A stretch of DNA of 64,000 bases from Eledone cirrhosa (lineage: Eukaryota), in the NCBI GenBank assembly GCA_964016885.1, contig OZ024742.1, forward strand, positions 303,428,001-303,492,000. Reading direction: 5' to 3'. The position numbers and the translations under genes are program-made. The notes below the pieces were generated by a model, which ran no database searches, was not told the origin of the DNA, and was given only the letters and a program-made list of their open reading frames with translations. Numbering within the stretch: position 1 is the stretch's first letter; the number at the start of each line of letters is the position of its first letter. Positions 55,857 to 64,000 of this stretch are shown here, piece after piece.

Positions 55857-57253
55857 CTGCGTGAGTATGTGTGTGTATTTTTCTGTATGTGAGTGCGTGA
55901 AAAATATGTAATATCTTTAAATTTTGCTTGACAAAGCTCAATTCTATGGAAATTGCGAGATCGTATTGAATTTGTTCTATAATTCTCAATATAAAAGAAA
56001 AGAATATTTTACATAATCAAATCAACACGACTTCGTTGCCTTCGTTATTAAAATTTTTAAATATTTTAAATATTCATTCTTCATTATTATCGTTGGTGTT
56101 GATTTATTAATTACTTGGAGAAATAATGGCAACTAAATTGGTGTTTCCATAACTATTTTAAGCATTTTCTTCTTCGTAAATCTAACCCCTTTTGCACTCG
56201 AAGTGAAGACAAATTTTCAAAACCAGCACTTGGTTTGCAAAACTACAGAATTATATCACTAGCTATTCTAATTTATATTCCCACACTGTTCTTTCTAATT
56301 AAACTTAAAGATATACATCTCTTTTTCCAAGTTAATACACTGTGAACAAATATAACCGATTGTTTTCTTTAATTCAATTCAGTATATGATATTTTAAATG
56401 TCTCTCTGTTGGTTCAATGAATATTAATAGTAAAGAGATGGTTGTTGGAGAGAGCTATGTATTCAAGAGTTAATAGCTGCGGCTGCTATATTGATTATAT
56501 ATTTCTCTTCATTTATTTCATTGCTAAACATTTGGGAGAAACATGAACATAGAAAAGACGGAATCTCCCTCTAACTACTATATTATGCCTAAGATTTTTT
56601 GTTAATTTTTGAGGAAATAATTATGAGATTATTATACATTCAAATATAGAAAAATGATTGAATGGTTTTGCGACAGCTTTCAGCGCAAAGATACATAGAT
56701 TATATATTTATTATTGCATTAGTGACGGTGGTGGTGTTTTCGTGTAGTTACCTTGATTTTTAATTCAAATTCTTTATTAGTAAATTTCACTTTACATTCT
56801 ATTTTTAACATATGAAATAAATGATTTCCGCGGGATACTGTTGGATTTCTTCAGAGAAGAAAGGAATTTATTGGATCGGAATCTGATTGCGAAAGTTTGT
56901 TTGCTTTGTTAAAAATTAAACGTGTATAGTCCGTTTAAGACGTGGTTTGTGTTGTTTCTCCGAAAGAGGAATTTGATTGTTTGCATTCATGTTAATAGCA
57001 TTGTGCTACTGGCACTTTAAGGACGAATGGGAACGTTAATTTTGTATTCGTATAGTAAGAGACGAGAGAAAACAATAATTTATAGCAATTAATCTATAAC
57101 ATATATATAGAATTTATAGTCCAACTCAAAGTGCACTATAAATGTGCACCTCATAGAAGGAACCGCGTGTGTCAGAGATAATTGGCAACAGGTGAAAAAG
57201 TCCATTTCGGTGATCGATGATCGCAGATACCTTAATGTTTCTCTCTCTCTCTC

Positions 57254-57302
<49 letters not shown>

Positions 57303-57902
57303 CTGTGTGTGTGTGTGTGTGTGTACATATATATGTACAGAGAGAGAGAGAGAGAGAGAGTGGATACACGCGTAAAAATTCATGTAGATTGAAATAATTG
57401 AACATAAAGGCAAATTTTCTAGATGAGTGAAATATACAGAAATACGTAAGCGATTTGAAATAGATGGACAGAAAACATGAAAATAGATGTATCGATTAAT
57501 GTAAAATATTGTTACAAATGCATATATTATATATTTAACGAATAAACACAATAAGTTGCATAAGGTGTTGCAATTAATAAATATTTACTTCAAAACATTA
57601 AATCAACAAAATAGGATAAGAATTAAGAAAACACATATATTCCAATAAAATACTCCTTTTACATATAGTAATTTCGTTTTTATTGGTAATATTACATTTC
57701 TTACCGAAATATTTTTATTGATTTTATCTTCATTTCATATTACCTCCTTCAGAACGTGTTATACAGTCATTCCACTTTACAAGCACCCATCCCTCCCTCT
57801 ACTCACTGATATCTACATACATATATTCCTAATGTATTATTTCACACCTATTCGTATATACACATACAAGTTATTTATGTATATATTTATACACACACAC
57901 AC

Positions 57903-57937
<35 letters not shown>

Positions 57938-58005
57938 TGTGTATGTATGTATAAATATACATACATACATATAAGAAAGTGTTTCTGTGTATGAGCTTCT
58001 AAACA

Positions 58006-58060
<55 letters not shown>

Positions 58061-58349
58061 TATTGTATAAATTTACATACGGTATAGCTGAAATGATATT
58101 GTGTATAAATTGGTAATGCACATTTAATACACTTAATATAAATATTTAAAATATCTTTAAAAAAAATCTGGTTCCTAGAATTTCATCTAGAGGAAGAAAA
58201 TTAATTTTCCACGGCAATTTCTCTTAGTATTTATTGAAGGAAAATATAATATTATTACACCAGAAATATTAAATTGTAAATATGTTGAATAGATTAAACA
58301 AACTCTAACTAAAGTATTTATAGTACGGCACAGTAAAATAATTCATTTT

Positions 58350-58940
58350 GTGAGTTATCCTTATGTAAATACCAGAACTAATGGTCTTTTGGGTGAAATA
58401 CATTCCAATATGCTGTTTAACACAGTGCTTTCTATATTGTAAAGTCTTTGGCGCACTGTTATTTAATTTACCATCACAGATTCCGCATTGATACTTGTTA
58501 ACGATGTACATATGTGAAACGATTAGAATCAGGGCAAACAATTGTCACTTTTTACCGTAGTCAGGATAGACGGTATCCCTGATAACTACATTCAAACAAT
58601 GACCTGAAATTCAAAGTCCAATCAAAGATTAGCTTTGGAAGCCACTGAGTTAATACTTTCGGCAGACCATTCAACTCTGATAGATTTTGTAGTAGGTAGT
58701 TTGCGAGAATGGGTTTTGGTAAAAACGACGCGGCTAATATTCCTCTTAAACAGCTACAAGAAAAACATGAACACCGATTGGGCTCAAGAGATTCGACCAT
58801 GCATATCTAGGATTATAACCATTTAGACACGGCCCTTTTAGAACGGCACTAAAGCAGGAATAAATTGTTGTAAAGCCATCAATGAAAACGATGAGTGATT
58901 TTAATTCAGTTTCGCATATGTGCCTCGTACGCAATATTCA
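58350..58940 (-). pseudogene. Highly decayed PLE thumb/GIY-YIG remnant
   Basis: Minus frames RHICETELKSLIVFIDGF and SHMYIVNKYQCGICDG..KTLQYR..QHIG resemble PLE linker and endonuclease motifs. Confidence 0.45.
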
Positions 58941-59207
58941 TGGCTTCCTGTCCTTTTTTATTGTTTTAGCCACGTATAGCACAATATAGCAAAATATAGA
59001 AATAAACACACAGACACGCACACGCCCCAACCCCATATATGTATATATATATATATAAGGATTAGAATACTGGAGCGTGTTGGAGTTAAACACCCTCTTC
59101 GTATTATAGAAATGACAGTAAAAGGTATAGCTCAATGCAGTTAAACAGAGCCAAAAAATTAAGAGAGTAAAACAAAGAATCCTTTAATACATCAAAAGTT
59201 TTTATTA

Positions 59208-59245
59208 GCCGACAATGTTTCGTCCTATTAAGGACTCATCAGGGC
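59208..59245 (-). ncRNA. Type I hammerhead ribozyme (inverted copy)
   Basis: Reverse complement of 62152-62189. Confidence 0.88.
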
Positions 59246-60090
59246 AATCAAAACAACAAGAAGTAATATCGGCAGATACAAGCCGGAAACTCAGAAGAAT
59301 ATGGAGTGTACATACACTAAAGTCTTACAAAAATATATGATAATAAAAATGAAAATAAAAATAAAAATAATAAAAATATATAATAATAAGAATAACTAAG
59401 GATGTAGATAACATTAAGAACCATATTACAAATATAGTCCAAAGCAACTAACCTAAATCTAAACAAATTTGGTTATATAGAGCAGGAATTATATATAACA
59501 CAATGCAATAAACATAATACATTATAATAATATACCTTTACCAACATTAAAATTACAAATTAAAAATCAAAAGGTACAATATATACATGTATATATGTGC
59601 GCACACACACACACACACACACATATATAACAATACACACATCTATGATCAACTACAAAAATTAAGCCCTATTAGAAGTTTGAATATAAAAATAAGCATG
59701 ATAAGAGTGAAAATAATACCAATACATCTACCCAATATACATGAGGTAATAATATGATATAATTACAAGAGACACATATAATAAATAATAAACAATAAAA
59801 TTATATAATTCAATATAATATAATAGACAATCCCCGGTTAATTTACAGAAACAATATAGATGTCACAATAAAATACAATGATAATACGTAAACAGTGTAC
59901 TAACATTTACCATAAACAATGTATACAAATCGATTCATACTGGGTTACAGAGTAAATGAGGAAAAATAAATTATATAATACTAAAAAAAACACTATAATG
60001 GTACTGTAAAAATTATGATGGTACAGAAAAAAATAAATACAGACATCTTACATGATATGTAAAGTCTAAATATCATAATGTTACATATAA

Positions 60091-60160
60091 TTGTTTCTAC
60101 TTTAGGCACAAGGCCAGCAATTACCCAGTGCATTACTGGTACTTTATTTTATCGACCCCG
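60091..60160 (-). mobile_element. 3' fragment of a family A SINE, in the left arm only
   Basis: The right arm has the empty site GTTACATATAATGAACAG. Confidence 0.85.
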
Positions 60161-62151
60161 TAATGAACAGTAAGTAATAAGGATCAATATTACAATATTA
60201 CAAAAATACAGACATCTTACAAGATATATAAAGTTTAAATGTCATAATGTTACATATAATGAACAGTAAGTAATAAGGATCAATATTACAATACAATATA
60301 ATATAATATCATTATGTTTTTGATGACTCTTCATTCTAGCTCTCATAATCATTTGGCTACTGTACCATATCTATGTTTTCACTATTACACCTTGTTAATA
60401 TACATAAGATTACACACTTTACGCCACTTACGTTATTCTATTATTATCTTTATTTTTATTTTTATTATTAATTTTATTTTTAATTCTATTTTTATTTCTA
60501 ATTTTATTCAGATTCATCTTTGGACCCCCCCCCCCCTACCCTCCCCCTCCCCCCCTCCCCCCATGTGCACATAAGCTTATTGTCAACCCCTCCAGATTGA
60601 CTATGATTATATTTAACCCCCCCCTCTTTTACGCTTCGTTCTATTATTTATTATTGTATATCGACTATATTTTATGCCACTTCGCACCCTCCATATATTT
60701 CGTCAATTCTGTCCCCATTAGCCTACCTTAATTCTACTTAAGTCAGTTTTTTAGATATCGTTGCGTATATGATAGTAAAAAATTTTCATTCCTTTTTGTA
60801 AACATTTGTAACGAAACATTAAAGTTTATAAACTTTAATGACTTAAACTACAGCTAATATTATACTACCTTATTGGATAGGTTTGATATTTTTAATATTA
60901 ATTTATCAAATAGGGTTTTGAGTCAATTAAAATGATTGTTTTCCTTAGTGTTTACCTAATTTCTTAACCGCATGTGAGGCCTTAGTGTGTATATATTTGC
61001 TTTTGTTTTGTAATTTCCGGTTGATTATATTTATTTATTTTTTTTATTCTATATTCTATTTACTATTCACTGTCTGGCTTTGCTTACACATCCACATATG
61101 TCTGTCTACTAACCTTGTAATTATAAGTATTTATATATTATTTTATGTCAATTTATAATATATTATATTATATTGTATTGTAATATTGATCCTTATTACT
61201 TACTGTTCATTATATGTAACATTATGACATTTAAACTTTATATATCATGTAAGATGTCTGTATTTTTGTAATATTGTAATATTGATCCTTATTACTTACT
61301 GTTCATTATATGTAACATTATGATATTTAGACTTTACATATCATGTAAGATGTCTGTATTTATTTTTTTCTGTACCATCATAATTTTTACAGTACCATTA
61401 TAGTGTTTTTTTTAGTATTATATAATTTATTTTTCCTCATTTACTCTGTAACCCAGTATGATTCGATTTGTATACATTGTTTATGGTAAATGTTAGTACA
61501 CTGTTTACGTATTATCATTGTATTTTATTGTGACATCTATATTGTTTCTGTAAATTAACCGGGGATTGTCTATTATATTATATTGAATTATATAATTTTA
61601 TTGTTTATTATTTATTATATGTGTCTCTTGTAATTATAGCATATTATTGCCTCATGTATATTGGGTAGATGTATTGGTATTATTTTCACTCTTATCATGC
61701 TTATTTTTATATTCAAACTTCTAATAGGGCTTAATTTGTGTAGTTGATCATAGATGTGTGTATTGTTATATATGTGTGTGTGTGTGTGTGTGTGCGCGCA
61801 CATATATACATGTATATATTGTACCTTTTGATTTTTAATTTGTAATTTTAATGTTGGTAAAGGTATATTATTATAATGTATTATGTTTATTGCATTGTGT
61901 TATATATAATTCCTGCTCTATATAACCAAATTTGTTTAGATTTAGGTTAGTTGCATTGGACTATATTTGTAATATGGTTCTTAATGTTATCTACATCCTT
62001 AGTTATTCTTATTATTATATATTTTTATTATTTTATTTTTATTTTCATTTTTATTATCATATATTTTTGTAAGACTTTAGTGTATGTACACTCCATATTC
62101 TTCAGAGTTTCCGGCTTGTATCTGCCGATATTACTTCTTGTTGTTTTGATT

Positions 62152-62189
62152 GCCCTGATGAGTCCTTAATAGGACGAAACATTGTCGGC
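62152..62189 (+). ncRNA. Canonical minimal type I hammerhead ribozyme
   Basis: GCC-CTGATGA-GTCCT taat AGGAC-GAAAC-ATT-GTC-GGC. Textbook core with a GUC cleavage triplet. Confidence 0.92.
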
Positions 62190-62234
62190 TAATAAAAACT
62201 CTTGATGTATTAAAGGATTCTTTGTTTTACTCTC

Positions 62235-62364
<130 letters not shown>

Positions 62365-63009
62365 TGTGTATAATTCTTGAAGTCACCGAATTAACACAGT
62401 CATTAGAACGTCGGATGGAGTGCTTTGTGGTGTTCGTTCAGGCTCTCTCACGGGGCCACACCATATAGTATTTGATTACATACTATCTGGTAATGTATTC
62501 GCCTTAAAATAGGTGGGAATTAACGCAATGTTTCGGCATAGTTCAGTTTGGAGTTCAAGCCTCGTCGGAAATTATCATTTTTTTCCGCATCACGGTTATG
62601 CCACTGATTTCTGCACGAATATTTTATATTGATAGTGTACATGAAGTATCGACAACTTTATTAGAAAGTATCTTGGCGTGCTAGATGCATTGTATATTTT
62701 TTGAGGATTAGATATTACCTAGATGGAATTGACCTATATTATGTAAACGTAAAGTATCATGTACAGTCTACGTGAACGCTACCTGCAATACATTATCCCT
62801 TTATATATTTGTAAATCTCTCTCTGTATGCACATCCAGATTCTCTCTTGTAAAGCTTTAAGCATATTATCCTACTCCAATTCACACTTTTCTTTCGTCTC
62901 TTATTTTTGAGCACCTCTCGCGTTCGTCCTTTTGTTTGCATTTATTGCCTACTCTTCCACAACCACTACATTACCAAACTAATTTGTTTTACTTCTTCAC
63001 ATCTTACTG

Positions 63010-63071
<62 letters not shown>

Positions 63072-63742
63072 CCTCTCTCTCTCCCTCCCTCTCTCTCTCC
63101 CTCCCTCCCTCTCTCTCTCCCTCCCTCTCTCCCTCTCTCTATCAAGACCACCTCTTACTTCCACTCACCAATCTTTCCCATCTACTTCTATATTTCCATT
63201 ACGTTTCTCCCCATATTTCTAACAGGAAAACACAAGACAACCGCTAGATTAAATTTGAATTTAAATTGTAATTTTATCGACGGCAGGAATATGAAAGGCA
63301 TGGATAATGCCAGGGAAATCTCATCAGCCAGGGAAATCCCGTTGGCACATCCACTTACTCTGAGTGTCATATTAGTTTCATTTACTGACACTCTTTGTCT
63401 CATAATATTGCAGCATGTTACTTGACTCCACTGCTTCTCAGTGTGTCTTTCTTAATTTGTATCTTACTTCTTCCATGATTTGTACCTGCTTCGTGCTATT
63501 TGTTTCAAATTCTTTCAGTTAATCTTAACTGTGGATTTGTTCGCTATTTTCATATCTTTATATCATTTGTATTGTAATTAAATCTACATTTTCTCTGTAA
63601 TAAAATGTGTTCTTTTAATTTATGACGTTTCTATTAATACAGTGGAAAATATATTCTACACCTACAAAGTCCACGGCCGCCAAGCATTACCATACTTTGA
63701 GTAAATCAGAAGTAGATGAACAGGAATCCTCTTTTGCTCATG

Positions 63743-63798
63743 GACTTTCATCCTTTCGAGGTCGATGAAAACGTACCAGTCTAGTACTGGGGTCGATT
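63743..63798 (+). mobile_element. Family A SINE central-domain fragment
   Basis: TTTCATCCTTTCGAGGTCGATGAAAACGTACCAGT..TACTGGGGTCGAT. Confidence 0.6.
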
Positions 63799-64000
63799 CT
63801 TCCTCTGTATGTCTTTCTCATTTCCTCTCTCTCAGTTTCTATCTTTCATTGGAAGAAATCTGTTGTACTCAGACCTGGAGAGGGATTGGTTCCGCCAGGC
63901 CTAAAATGCCTAAGAAACGCCATATGTCAATACGGTGCCCCTACTACTAGGAGTTACGGGCCCATACCATACCAATGTTATGCACAAGAATATCGAGCAC

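Overview
AT-rich, microsatellite-laden eukaryotic DNA with no recognisable host protein-coding gene. The SINE and PLE repertoire suggests a cephalopod such as Octopus (inference). Almost everything interpretable is retroelement-derived. There are two copies of a Tx1/L1-clade LINE (1-2921, and a near full-length copy at ~10950-16520) plus a decayed third. A 5'-truncated RLE-type (R4/Dong-like) element sits inside the (TTA)n tail of the first LINE. There is a near-complete Naiad-type Penelope-like element (PLE, 49203-53155), two PLE remnants, many tRNA-derived SINEs, RTE 3' ends and a Helitron fragment. The main hidden signal is RNA-level: reading both strands by eye gives roughly 20 intact or decayed minimal type I hammerhead ribozymes (HHRs) from several distinct sequence families. 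Most lie in foldback (inverted) repeats abutting (TA)n tracts. The most striking is a non-coding ~432-nt unit carrying one HHR and an ATGCAAAT octamer. It forms a head-to-tail array at 26134-27729 and recurs at ~9.3, ~22.8 and ~55.3 kb. This is a candidate retrozyme (self-cleaving, circRNA-forming, PLE-mobilised) family. All alignments and folds were done by eye and ribozyme activity is untested.
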